Positions 1-12,791 of a stretch of 64,000 bases of DNA are shown here, in pieces. The translations under genes were made by a program, and so were the position numbers. How positions within the stretch are numbered: position 1 is the stretch's first letter; each line of letters starts with the position of its first letter. A model generated the notes under the pieces. The model made no database searches, was not told the DNA's origin, and was given only the letters and a program-made list of their open reading frames with translations. Source of the DNA: Octopus vulgaris (lineage: Eukaryota). Location of the stretch: assembly GCA_951406725.2 (NCBI GenBank), contig OX597820.1:92938001-93002000 (forward strand). The letters run 5' to 3'.

Positions 1-129
1 TTATTGGCTGCAATTACATATTGAAATCAGTGTTGGCAGAAATTAAATCGGCTTGCAAATACACGGTCACTTTACTAAATTTATACTCGAGCTAAGCCCG
101 AATGACTCGACTACCGCAGTCGCCACTGT

Positions 130-130
<1 letters not shown>

Positions 131-204
<74 letters not shown>
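131..204. repeat. (TA)n microsatellite
   Basis: Near-pure TA run. Similar TA/CA/TG low-complexity tracts at 740-1400, 1770-2100, 2645-2715, 7530-7850, 10240-10505, 58858-58912 and 59900-60135. Confidence 0.98.
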
Positions 205-206
<2 letters not shown>

Positions 207-367
207 CGGGCTTCTTTCAGTTTCTGTCTACCAAATCCATTCATAAGGCTTTGGTCGGCCCTAGACTATAGTAGAAGTGACCAAGGTGCCACCGAGTCGG
301 AGTGAACCCAGAAGCATGTGGTTGGGAAGCAAGCTTCTTAACAGAGCCACCCCCTTGCCTGCGCCTG
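205..367 (-). mobile_element. tRNA-derived SINE family 1 (octopus OK-like), 5' half
   Basis: Matches the tRNA-like head and body of the full copies at 43283 and 48625. Confidence 0.85.
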
Positions 368-498
368 TATATGCATATATATATATATATCATCTACATA
401 CTAAATAAATGGTGGATAATGAAAGAATAGCAAAAATTAGGATCAGAACCGAATGACATTTGTCCATCAGAACTATATATGTACACACACACATACAT

Positions 499-541
<43 letters not shown>

Positions 542-542
<1 letters not shown>

Positions 543-681
543 CAATACGAATTCAGGAGTATTCCGCTGAAATAATCATCTGATGCTACTACATATATAT
601 ATAGGTCCAGTGAACCGGAGGCGTCTCTAAACTCCGAGTAGCATCAGATGATTATTTCACGGAATACTCAATTCGTATTGA
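542..681. repeat. Inverted repeat, ~45-bp arms
   Basis: 542-590 tcaatacgaattcaggagtattccgctgaaataatcatctgatgctact matches the reverse complement of 637-681, with small indels. Confidence 0.9.
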
Positions 682-1350
682 GTACCTTTTCTTCTGGTTT
701 GATCATATGAACTGGTGTATTGATGCAACGCGACACAAGCAATTATATATATATATATATATATCCGTATAATTTTTTTTAAATTCTATGTATACTACAC
801 GCGCACACATACATATATAAGCAAATGAATACATGCAAATATATGTATATATTATATATTCATATGTGTTTATATATGTATACGCATATATATATATATA
901 TACACAAGCACGCTCACACACACATATGTATTTATTTATATATTCAGTTATAGATGTAATTATATATATATATATATATATATAAACTTTACATTTCAAA
1001 TGTTATATACATACCTGCATCCGTGTATGTATATATATGTGTGTGCATGGGTGTGTGTATGTGTGTGTATGTACATATATATATGTATGTATATATATAT
1101 ATATATCTGTATGTATATATACATATATGTTTGTATGTTATTAAGTATATGTGAATATATATATATATATTTATATACATAATATGCGTGTGTGCACGTT
1201 TTATATATGTGTGATTGTGTATGTGAGGGAATATATGCGTATATATATACACGCACATATATATACTTATGCGTATATAAATACACACACAGAAAGACAC
1301 AAACATAGCCACAAGACAGACAGACGCACACACAAACATATATATACACA

Positions 1351-1400
<50 letters not shown>

Positions 1401-1790
1401 TTTAAAATAGTAATTTCCGATGATCCAGCTTTCAGATATTTTACGTGTTTTAAGTATTGATTCCTTATTTGATTTCTTAATCGATAAATTGTTTTTAATA
1501 TTTGAGGAAAGTATATTGGCACAAAGCCAATTTGTGAAACGGAGAGTTATATTCGATTAAATCGACTGCAATTTATGGCAGTTACCACATTTTATCGAAC
1601 AAGGAGTGACGAAAGATAAAAGTGACACTGGCTAGAGAGTATTTTGAGATAGAAGCAATTTTAGTGTTGAAGAATATGGAAGAGTTACATTATATATGTA
1701 CGCGTCAACGTATTGGACAAATCGTAAGAACAGAGATAGCATTACAAACCGGTGTGTGCATACGATAGATAAGTGTGTGTGTGTGTATAC

Positions 1791-1821
<31 letters not shown>

Positions 1822-2060
1822 CATATGTGTGTATGTATATGTATACATATATATTCATATATACATATATATGTAGGTATATATATATATATATATATAC
1901 ATACATATGTGTGTATGTATATGTATACATATATATTCATACATACATATATATGTAGGTATATATATATAAAAACATATATATATATATTTATATATGC
2001 ATGTATGTATGTGTGTATATATATATGTATGTTTGTATGTGTGTATATATATATATGTAT

Positions 2061-2096
<36 letters not shown>

Positions 2097-2116
2097 GATA
2101 TCAGAGGTCGAGTAAA

Positions 2117-2270
2117 GGCGGCGATCTGGCAGAATCGTCAGCACGTCAGGAAATGCCGCTAAACATTTCGTCAATTTTTTACATCCTGAATTCAAATTCC
2201 ACCGATGTAGACTTTGACTTTCATCCTTTCGGGGTCGTTAAAATAAGTACCATTTGAACACTGGGATAAT
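2117..2270 (+). mobile_element. SINE family 2 (MetaSINE-like core)
   Basis: ggcggcgatctggcagaatcg head plus ctttcatcctttcggggtcg..aaaataagtacc core. Confidence 0.85.
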
Positions 2271-2639
2271 GTTAGGGGTAGATGTGCAGTACTACCTCGT
2301 CAACACTACCGCAATGTTTCAAAGCAGCACAGAAAAATGTTTACCACATAAGTGAACGTAATATTTGCGACTATTTGCTTCTACTGTACAAAAAAGGGTA
2401 ACCAGCTATCACTCTCTTAATTCAAATTCCGTTTGGAATATATTGATATAGGTTTATTTATAATTGCATGTGAATATATTTATGCATTGATAAACCAGCT
2501 CAATTCTACAAACCAGAAAAGCAAAGAACTCAATACGATGTAGGAGGTAATTACTTACCATTACACTGAGATTACTAGCTGGTTACTAGTTACCTTAAGA
2601 TCGATGACAGATAAACTACCTTCACAATGCATGCCTTTC

Positions 2640-2694
<55 letters not shown>

Positions 2695-3979
2695 TCGTGT
2701 GTGTGTGTGCGTGTGCGTGAATATAAAAACCCAAAATATGAGCTAAAAGAAATTTGTGATGGCGGCCAAGGACGTAATTTTAGTTTAAGATAAATTGTTG
2801 ATTTAGTTAAACCAGCTTCGGTTCAGGAAAAGGTAACCGAACTGCTAGTGACAATTGCGGCTGATTCCAAATGAGAAGAGAAGATAATAGTCAGGAATTG
2901 ACGTACGTCTCTGAAAACAAAGGTACAGTTACATACACACGTTTCTACCTCAATAGGAATCATAGGCACAGCAGTATTTCTACCTTCAATCCAACCGCAT
3001 ATAAGATTAAGAAATACATATTTAAAAAAATGAGTTCATAATATTTATGAGCTAGAGTAATGTGCCGAATTAAATCAAAAATTATATACCACCGTGTATG
3101 TGAATGTTTGTGTGTTCTACAACAAATATAAGACCGGTATGTGTGTGAGTGTGTGTATGTGTGTGTGAATGTAAGTAGTTAAATCTTTAAACAGATGATT
3201 TGGCATCTCGATTATCATGCTCGTCCATCTTTAAGGTTTAATCTCGTGTAGCATATAAGATCTCTCTTAAAATACATAGATTATTATCGTCCTCTTTCGT
3301 TTACAAGCAGTATTATTTGTTTGTATCTATACTTATATATCTATACAATACACATATGTATGTACACATATCTACACACACAGGCACAATATATTTATTT
3401 GAGTGAGTGTACGTGTGTGTGTATATGTGTGTGTCTATCTGTTTGTCGTCTGTGTGTATGTACGTATGGCTATACATATATTTTATGTTTATCTTTTATT
3501 TATGGTTCAATAAAATAAAATAGGAGTGCTCTGATTTTTCTTATAAAAGGCGCTTCTGTAGTCTAATGCAAGTGTATTTGGAGATAGGATTATAAAGTCA
3601 TATATGTCTTGAAACAACCTTAAGCCTTCCTGTGTAGTTTAACATTCTAAACTTTTGTCCATTATTTGCTTTCTACTATTCCTCTGGTTGGTAACTGAGA
3701 TAATCTCTAGTTATGAGATTTTTCTGGTTACCATATAAAAATGTTCATACACTTATACAAACACAAAACCTCACGCACAGAAGTATGTATGCATATATGT
3801 ATATGTATACGTGTGTGTGGTGGGGGTCTATACATATATACGTTTGTATGTATACATGTATGCATGTATGTACGTGTATATATATGAATATAGAATTATA
3901 TATGTATAAGTTTATACACACATATGAGTGTGTGTATGTGTGCGCCCGCGCGCGTATATGTGTGTGTTTTATTTTATAT

Positions 3980-4830
3980 GCAATGTCCTCCCAGCTTTCA
4001 ATGAGCGTGTAAAGAAACCCCATGACTCTCTTGCAGATATTCCTGAAACGAAAGATGTTGTCAGCACAGTTTGCTATATTACAATTTTTTCTAGGCCCCC
4101 TTCCCTTAGATATGCTGGGCATGTCGTTCAACAAGCGAGGATATTCGGGTTATAGTAGGATGAGACGGAAGACTATCTTTACATGAACCAGGTTCTCATC
4201 GTTTTCGAATTGTTCAGTTCACTTCATGCCCAGAATTCGTCTCATGCTGCGTAGGAGAGTACTGCGAAGTCGCTCTTTTCTGAAGTAAAAACCCCAGGTT
4301 TCATTATCTATAAGGAATGTGATGAGAACGCAAGCTCTCTAAACTTCAACAAAAGTGTTCTCTCAGACTCTCATTGTTAAGGCTGTCTCGTGTTGAGGCT
4401 GATCTTCCAGATTCTGCAGAAATATGTCAACTCGAACATGTTTATGGTAATAGTAAACGAATGCTCATGGCCGTATACAGGACTTCCCTCTTTTTTTTTA
4501 GTCTAACAGTCAAACCCAACTTTTGAAGGGCTATTCTGAGTCTCCCTATGAGGCTATGCATATTCCATACTTTTTCAAACGGGCTATTAGTACTGCATCA
4601 TCTGCAGTAGCAATCAAAGCCGACTCAACAGTTTCCCGTTTGATCTGTGTGTTTGTTTGTAAGTGTGTGTGTACGTTTTTTTGGACCTGGCGATTCCCAT
4701 CGTGGTTACTCAGATCTTTTAGTTACATGTGAGGATCCAGAGCCAAAATTACTCATCTATCTGTTGCAAGACGAATCGTAATATTTGCATAAGTAGAAGC
4801 GCTTCGTCTCTGGAGATGATTCTTTGCTGT
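3980..4830 (-). mobile_element. Decayed RTE-clade LINE, reverse transcriptase 3' fragment
   Basis: Minus-strand LLxADDAVLIA (~4580-4610), RRILGMK (~4220-4240), FRNICKRVM and SWEDIA (~3980-4050); many stops. Confidence 0.85.
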
Positions 4831-5748
4831 TCAGCTCTCCCTAAATTCTCTTATAATCTAACTTTTCATGAAATACACAAACTTAAAGGGATATATATTG
4901 CATTAAAGGGTATCCATTGATTAGCTAGATCACATTGCCAACACTTGTACTTTTATGAAAATTAGAGCAGCCCAATTTAGTCGTTTTCGAGTGTATGTTT
5001 ATACAATATATAATACACAGGATGCTAACAAAATTCATGTACGAAATTTTAATTAATATAAATTATAGCCTTATCGATGACAATAATCATTACATAAATG
5101 ACGTTATTTTGGTCATTAACTAACAAGAAATAATTAAGACTATACTAAAATAATATAAATTAAAATTTATTAACTATGGAAATACAATGGAGAGTGAGTT
5201 TGAACTTTATCACTGCAATGAAATCAGCAGACATTTTTCGGTATTAACTGACGCCATCAGTAATGCATGTTTATTACATGAGTTCTAGATTTTAGATTAA
5301 TTGATGAGTGTGTAGGATTTTTGTTGTTTTTCTCTGAACAACGTATCGCTAGAGACTACAATAAAAAAAAAATTGAACGATAAAAATGATGGTTATCTGG
5401 TGATGCCGGCTGCATGAAACGTTAATAATAATGTGAGTAGTGTTGTGATTGATATAGCAAGCCGAAGAATTTTATGGAAAAGAAAATATATCCTTAGAGA
5501 CCAGAAACATCATTGCCCTACTGTCAAATTGTGACTTTTAAAAAAGTATGATAAAAACACCAGAGCTATAAGTCAATATTTTCTCACTGATCAGGAAAAG
5601 AACTAAGTTCTAATGCGGAGGTACTGAGCGGATTTTGATGCAGTGCCTTATGTTTGTATTTGTATATATATTATAAAGGAATAGTTTGTATGTGTATATA
5701 TATAAACATGTATGTATGTATGTATGTATGCATGTATGTAAGTACGTA

Positions 5749-6941
5749 CAGGGTACGTAAGATATTTGAGGACTGATTTATGTTTATAAAAATACAACTA
5801 TATAATAACAGATAATAAATTTATTTATCAAAAGATGCTATGAGGATACAAATAAACCTTTTTTCTATAATGTTACTCAATAAAACCACCTTCAGCTTCA
5901 ACAACTCCTTCTGTATGATATCTAAATCATCTACATGCTCGAATAAAGTGGTCTTGATTTATTTTGGACATTACTCTGACTATGGCAGCTTTTAAGTACC
6001 TTTGGTGTTATGAGCGTGTTCATTGACCTCTTTCTCAACAACGCTCCACATGTAATAGTCCAATGGACTGAGATCTGAGGAATTAGGACGCCAAATGTTA
6101 GGGGTTATGTGATGGTGAAAAGTTTCAGCAATCCATTCCAGCAAGAGACATGTGTGATAGTGCATAAGGCCTTCCATTGCATACACTGTCTATCCAGAGC
6201 GTAAAATTGTTACCAGGATCTCAATGCAGGTGATAGAATTAACTCTAAGGCCTTGTGGAAAGAAGTCAGGAGGAATCACCTGTCTTTCGTTACTGACAAC
6301 CCCTAAAACTATGACAGTTGTGGGAAATTTTGTTTGCATAACACTTGGAATTTCAGAAGGGTCTGCACATAACCATCTGTCATTTCTTCTGTTAAATTTT
6401 GATCTTGGTCGAATTTTTTCTCGTTTTAGAAAAACCAAATCAAATCTTCTGGATTTTTCAGTTTGTTTAAGTACCTGTTAGATCTGATGCAGTGATTGTC
6501 TTATGCTTTTTCTAACAAATTCACTTTTGATGTTTCCGTGCACACTTCTGACTGTTCCTTCTGACACATGGAGATCTTTTCCAATTGACCTCATGGAATT
6601 TCTGGGATTGTAATCAATGGTCTGTTGAACTTACTGGAAAACTTCAAGTGTTCTGATGTTTTCAGACCTGTTAGAATGCTTTGATACTGGTGATACTTAT
6701 CCATCTTCAGTCTCTAAATCCTTACAAACTTTGTAGACGAAAAATTTGGCAAATTATAAAAATCGAGATATTCCTAAATGGCTATGCTCAGCATTAATAA
6801 CCATAATAACACCATGCCTCTTCATTTCGTAAGTAAGCTGATGTTCATTTATATTTTTCTGAAACAAAGATTATACAGAATTTGCAAAAAATGCAACAAT
6901 GACCCCAAAAGTGTATGTCCTAAAATACCTTACGCAGCCAG
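5749..6941 (-). mobile_element. Tc1/mariner transposon (maT/DD37D-like), decayed
   Basis: Imperfect TIRs cagggtacgtaagatatttgaggac / gtcctaaaataccttacgcagccag flanked by TA. Transposase motifs WRPNSSDLSPLDYYMW and VIVLGVVSNE. Confidence 0.9.
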
Positions 6942-6975
6942 TATATATGTATGAATATATATATATATATATATA

Positions 6976-7312
6976 TATGGGTGCTGGGAAATGGTCAGTG
7001 CTAGTGTGTGTGGAGTGGTGTGGGTTGAGGTGATGTAACGTGGTGGTGTGTGGTGTAGGGTATAGGGATGTGAGGGTGGGGTGCAGGTTCTTTATATATG
7101 TATATATATATATATACACATACACACACACGTACATGTCGGACAATGAGAATGAGTGTTCAACACCTCATTTTTGATAAAAATTCTTTATTTACAAATT
7201 AAGTCAACCACTAGTTTCATGTCAAGAAGAGAGAGAGAGGGGGTAGGAAGAAAAATAGATAGAAAGATAGATATATAGACAGACAGATAGACAAATAGCT
7301 AGATAGATGATT

Positions 7313-7384
<72 letters not shown>

Positions 7385-7527
7385 TATGTATGTTTATATA
7401 TATATATACACACCCCACCGTCACATCACTACACCCTACACCAGACACGACCACACCACCACGCTACATCACCTCAACCCACACCACTCCACACACACTA
7501 GCACTGACCATTTCCCAGCACCCATAT
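6976..7527. repeat. Foldback structure: ~110-bp G-rich/C-rich inverted arms around a (GATA)n spacer
   Basis: 6976-7083 is the near reverse complement of 7411-7527. Confidence 0.9.
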
Positions 7528-7679
7528 GTAAATATATATATATATATATGCATATACATATATACATGCACATATATGATTGTGAATATATTTATGTATA
7601 TATATATATATATATATACATATATATTCATATATAGATATACACATATATGTATATACGTATATATATATTTATATGT

Positions 7680-7710
<31 letters not shown>

Positions 7711-7755
7711 CACATCCATATATATATATATACACATCCATATATATATACACAT

Positions 7756-7791
<36 letters not shown>

Positions 7792-9059
7792 CCACGCACA
7801 TATGTTGATAGATACATATATACGCATGTTATATGTATGTGTGTACGTACGTAAGCGTGCTTATAATGTACAAACTCTTGATATATTTCAAAGCAGCACT
7901 TTTTTTTTATTTTCTCTTTGTTTTCAAAGACGTATGATAAATAGTGCAGTCATTATTTGTTGTAGTTTTTTCTTTTGTTTCTTTCTTTCCTTTCCTTTCC
8001 TTTTTAAATGCAAATGTTGAATGATTCCACAAAATATCAGCAGGGGTAATTGCACGTTACATGAAAAATCATCTGTGATAGATGTGAAGGAAATTCTTAT
8101 AATATGGAGGACGTCGCCGATGGATATTCGTAGGGTTGAAAAACAGAAAGCAACGAACCAAACTCTCAGCACGTTTTCAGTTTTGGTCAGAATTTCGATT
8201 TATCATTTAAGTTGTAAATACAACAGATGTATGCATTAAATAAAACATCATGTGTAGAATGTTTTTTCTTGGCGGTGACTCAAACTATTGTGAGATATAA
8301 TAGCCAAATCTTCAATGAATCATGCTCAGTTGTCATACAAGAATATAGGATTATCAGAACTAGAATCCATTTGGTTAGAGTCCTGCTAAGCTACTGCAGA
8401 TGCTGATTTGAACATGAATAATAATAGTTATATAGAAATAATATTTTTATAAAGTTTAACACATATTTCAACTCGCAACAATAGTTATTCTTTTCTGAAA
8501 TATAATAATGTGTGAACACATATGTGTCTGTGTGTGAGTTATACATCTTTATATGTGTATCTATGCAAGTGTGTGTGCACGTGTGTATGTATAAGCGTAT
8601 GTGCATGTGTGTCTGTGCGTAGGTGTATGAGTGCTTTATCTTTAACAATTACCCCCAACAAAATATATATGTTCTCCCTGAAGTCTGCATGGGATGTTAA
8701 TTGCAGGCAGTTAGAAACGGAAACCAGATAGAAAGACAGATACTTACATGTACATAATTTCAATATACCTTTTTTATAAATAACATGACACAGGTTTTCA
8801 AGCCTCGCAAATAAAGTAGAAATAACAGAAATGGACACAAATGGAGTATGGTTCAATCCTACATGAATATTTTACAGTCATTTTACCCTGAAAGCAAAAA
8901 TATGATAATATACACACGCACGCGCGCGGATACACACACACGCATCCACACAGACGCGCGCACACACACATACATATATGCATACTTACATACATAAATA
9001 CATACATACATACATACATACATACATACATACATACATACATACATGATGGATATCAA

Positions 9060-9520
9060 TTTGTAGACGAGTATGACCATCATTAACAAATTACCTTATC
9101 CGAGATGTTCAAGAAAATGGCTGTCAAACAATTCCTTTGCTGAACTTTGAAGTCAGTAACAGCTTGCACAATATTGCTAAGATTCTCGCCTACAAAACCA
9201 AGTAAACCAGAGACAAGTGAGAGCAAGATCTCCGGCTTCGCAATGAAGCGGATGTTATTTCGGTAGTTTCCTTTCCTCGGGTGATGTCTATGCAAAAATT
9301 AGGACGCCCTTAGTCCCAGCTGTTCGACGGACGTTAATTCTATTGCATTCATCCATGCTTTCACAAGTTTTGTTTTGTATCCTGCAGGGTACCCATCGAA
9401 AAGCACCCTCCTTGCCATGAAACCTCGGCAGGGTTGTCGGTTTAGTCGTTGAATGCTCGACCATGCGACAGGTTGTATACTGGGTTACATATTATCAGAA
9501 GCACTAAGAGTGACCTGACA
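9060..9520 (-). mobile_element. Probable LINE (RTE-like) 5' UTR remnant
   Basis: GC-richer segment with an RTE-5'UTR-like motif (..acccgaggaaaggaaact.. on minus); no confident protein motif. Confidence 0.35.
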
Positions 9521-10345
9521 AAAAATATATACATACATAATGACGTGGATTTTCCAACGCCAATCTATTACTGGCACGGTGGAAATTTGTAAGACATTCT
9601 AAGGATTCTCTACCTGAGGTCCGTTAGGTAAATAGATGCATACGCTTTGGTGTGCGCACCTGAAGTTTAATTAACAGCACCAATTCAAACACATATTTAC
9701 AAACATCGGGATTTCTCCTAACTCGAAAAGCCGTGTCGCTATTTTTAGCGACCGGTTTGAACTCTCTTAAAGAGAACTTTGATAGAACTGCAAGACAAAT
9801 CATACATATTTAATATATACGTGTCGATACTGAAAAAGCTATATCAAGAATGAAAAATTACCTTCTGAATTATACGTATGTACATCCATCCGCTGTTGTG
9901 TTCTTGCGTTTAGGCTATTTTTGTGCGTTTTGTTTGGGTGTCTATCTGTTTCTCTGCCTTTACAATCCTGTAAAATTGTGTATGTGTTCCTAAAATGTGT
10001 CATTGTATTAATAATGAAGTCCTTAAAATCTGTGTCAGCAGCAAAATGTTCGACTAATATTCAAGCATCAGCTAAACTGAAAAATCCACGGAGGAGCTTT
10101 AACACATACGATTGACCTCCCACTTAATAGTTCAGATATTCTATGTCACCAGAAGTAGAGGGATCTTCTACATGACCATTCTCTCTATGACCAAATGTCT
10201 CAAAAACCACTTTCTAAAATCTTAAAAGGGAATTACAAACACACACGCACGTACGCACACACACGCATGCGCACACACTCATACGTACACATATACATGT
10301 ATAAATGTACATATATGTATATGCATACACACACAGATACACACA

Positions 10346-10390
<45 letters not shown>

Positions 10391-10394
10391 TTAG

Positions 10395-10427
<33 letters not shown>

Positions 10428-10439
10428 TGTATGTATATA

Positions 10440-10507
<68 letters not shown>

Positions 10508-10553
10508 CAATAATAAATCTCTGAACTAGGTATAAACAGTAGCTGCACGACAA

Positions 10554-10859
10554 TGTGAAGTATATTTGCCACTTAAATGTGGCTAATCACTAAGGGTGGA
10601 TGCTACTGTAACTTGTAGCCCCAGGAGCTATTGACACACTTTCTGTGCCCTATCAATATTTGCAAGGGGAAGCCATCCTTCCCATCGGCGACCTAACGTT
10701 AGGTCGACGATGGAAAGGATGGCTTCTCTTTGCAAATACTGATAGGGTACAGATAGTGTGTCAATAGCCAGCTGGAGAAGATGTTCTTCTGGGGCTACAA
10801 GCCACAGTAGCATCCACCCTTAGTCGTTAGCCACATTTAAGTGGCAAATATACTTCACA
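10554..10859. repeat. Long spacer-less palindrome (~150-bp arms)
   Basis: Centre cgacctaac|gttaggtcg at 10697/10698. Arms pair out to tgtgaagtatatttgcc / ggcaaatatacttcaca, with one ~18-bp indel. Confidence 0.95.
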
Positions 10860-10893
10860 CACACACATATATATATATATGTGTATGTATATG

Positions 10894-10934
<41 letters not shown>

Positions 10935-10941
10935 TATTCAT

Positions 10942-11150
10942 ATACGAAGAGGTACTGAAAAGTTTCTGACTGTGCGTAAAAGAAAATGCATACATGTTCC
11001 GAGAACATCGTCTATAGAAAAACAAACCGTATTCCCATAGTTGGAATGCCTTTGGTCAACGGTCTGCTCAATCATGGTTGATATGACGTTTAACAGCAGC
11101 AATGCTATATCTAAAATTATATTTTTCTTTAGCTTAATGAACACCTTGTG
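10942..11150. mobile_element. Mariner-like terminal fragment
   Basis: TA followed by cgaagaggtactgaaaagttt resembles a mariner TIR start. Confidence 0.4.
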
Positions 11151-12491
11151 TAAAGGCTGTTGTTGTGCACATTTTTGGTCTGCCTAGTTATATACAGTTA
11201 CAGAACGTCAAATAGAAAGATTGATTTGCCAGCAGTTGTACTTCCGTTGAAGCTGATTGGTGATTTCTTGTTTATTCTAAATTTTCTATTTTATTTTCTT
11301 GCTATGGTTTCATTTGAAGTTCCTATAATATTCAGCCGAACTTCACTTCGAATTCTTTCTTTTTTATATATAAAACTCTTTTGTATAGCGTTTGTCTGTG
11401 TGTGTGTACGTGCTAACGTTTGTCTATATGTGTTTGTATGTATGTTTTTCTGTGTGTCTGTGTTTTGTTTCTACCAATAATTTCAAGTTTTCTTGTGATA
11501 TTTTTGTACTGAATTATTAATCTAAAGGTGCATGAATTTTTTAAGCTACGCCAAGCGTGTTAAACCTCGAGATCTTTCAAAATCATAGAACTCTTCGGTA
11601 ATGGTTTTTTTGTTATTCTTGTATTATTGGTATTCCGGTTGCTGTTGTTATTCTTGTTTAAAATATTTCCATTTTTCAAATGTGGAATTTTCGCTTCGAT
11701 AAATTCAGTGAAAATTCCTCAATAACCATTTATTTTTTTTATGTGTGTTGTGGGGAGAAAATTTATATGCGTGCTTTTGTACAACTGTCTGTGTTTATAT
11801 ATGTATCTGTGTAAGTGTGAAATTGAGTGTGAGCGTGTGCCTGTTTATGGTTCGAGAATGGTATTTTAGGGAAAGTAATCAATTTCTTTTAATAATATTA
11901 TGCATTTAAAACGTAAATATTCTTCCCAGCTTAACATGATTTCAATTCTGTGTAAAAGAGTGTCGAAATCTTATCAATTGAATTATTTATCTCTTTCTAA
12001 GCAACCTAAGACTTCGCTTTCTTTGCTTACAATTGACCATTTCCATAAAAATTCTTAAATGAAATGGCAACATAAACAAAGTTTTCGATGAAGTGTGTAA
12101 AAGTCTTTAAAAGATGTTCATAATTCATCTAGCTAGTGCTTAAGGTCTGTGATAGCCAAAAGTTTTCCGAATGAAAGATTAATGTAAGTTTTGAATGCTT
12201 GACATCAATCTTGCTGCTACAGTTCTTTCTTCTTTCTATTTGTTTTATTTTTCCTTTTTTGTTATTTTTATTCTTTTTTCGTCTTTTTTTTGTTGGTGTT
12301 GTTTGTTGCAGCTCTCCACAATCATAGACCCATGTAAAATATTGATTATTTTTTTGACTGAAAATATATATTTTTTACATAGAAAGTTGTATACACGATG
12401 GAATTTTCTACAATAGAGTAATAAAGTATATCTATCTTCGAACAAATCGAAGGTAACGATGATGTCAGTAAAAGATTTAAACTCTTTACAC

Positions 12492-12791
12492 CAGGGTTTC
12501 TCAATCAGGATCTATATGGACCCTAAGAGTCCATATAAGATTTTGAGGAGTCCACGGTAATTTTTCAGGGGTCATGAAATCATTGTTTCAGACCAGTAAC
12601 GTTTAAATGAAATAAACTGGATTTACTTCTACAATACACGAAAAAATATTAATTTTTATACAAGTCCTAATAATATTTAGTTCTATAAATACAATGGGAT
12701 TTTTAAACACCGAATGTCTATGGAGATCCACTTGAGTAAAATAAGAATCAAAGGGGTCCATAGATAAAAAAAAAATGGTTGAGAATCCCTG
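12492..12791. mobile_element. hAT (Buster/Charlie-type) MITE
   Basis: TIRs cagggtttctcaa / ttgagaatccctg; 8-bp TSD ctttacac / ctttagac with central TA. Confidence 0.9.

Larger units (their letters stand above)
1..8881 (-). pseudogene. Endogenous reovirus lambda2-like (turret capping protein) unit K, decayed, runs off the window start
   Basis: Collinear minus-strand peptides vs recalled mammalian reovirus lambda2: GDVLHI ~8101-8118 (GDVLEV); ILTYSSGVFIIL ~5545-5578 (SLTYRLGVLSLL); ITDGVS*Y ~5243-5265 (VVDGATQY); ISKYTCI ~3565-3590 (ITSYMLI); SLSVIDLKVT ~2588-2618 (PVTCVDIRPT); VEANSRKYYVHLCGK ~2342-2385 (IDSTNKRYRFPKFGR); DLISANTDFNM*LQP ~5-50 (DFTIAGTDVDITVNP). Interrupted by RTE, mariner and microsatellites. 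Confidence 0.65.

Noticed and set aside
53-2195. Long YI/CV/HT-rich ORFs here and at 7386-8020, 10195-10572, 16523-16795 and 59898-60629
   Set aside because: Translations of TA/CA/TG microsatellites that lack stop codons.
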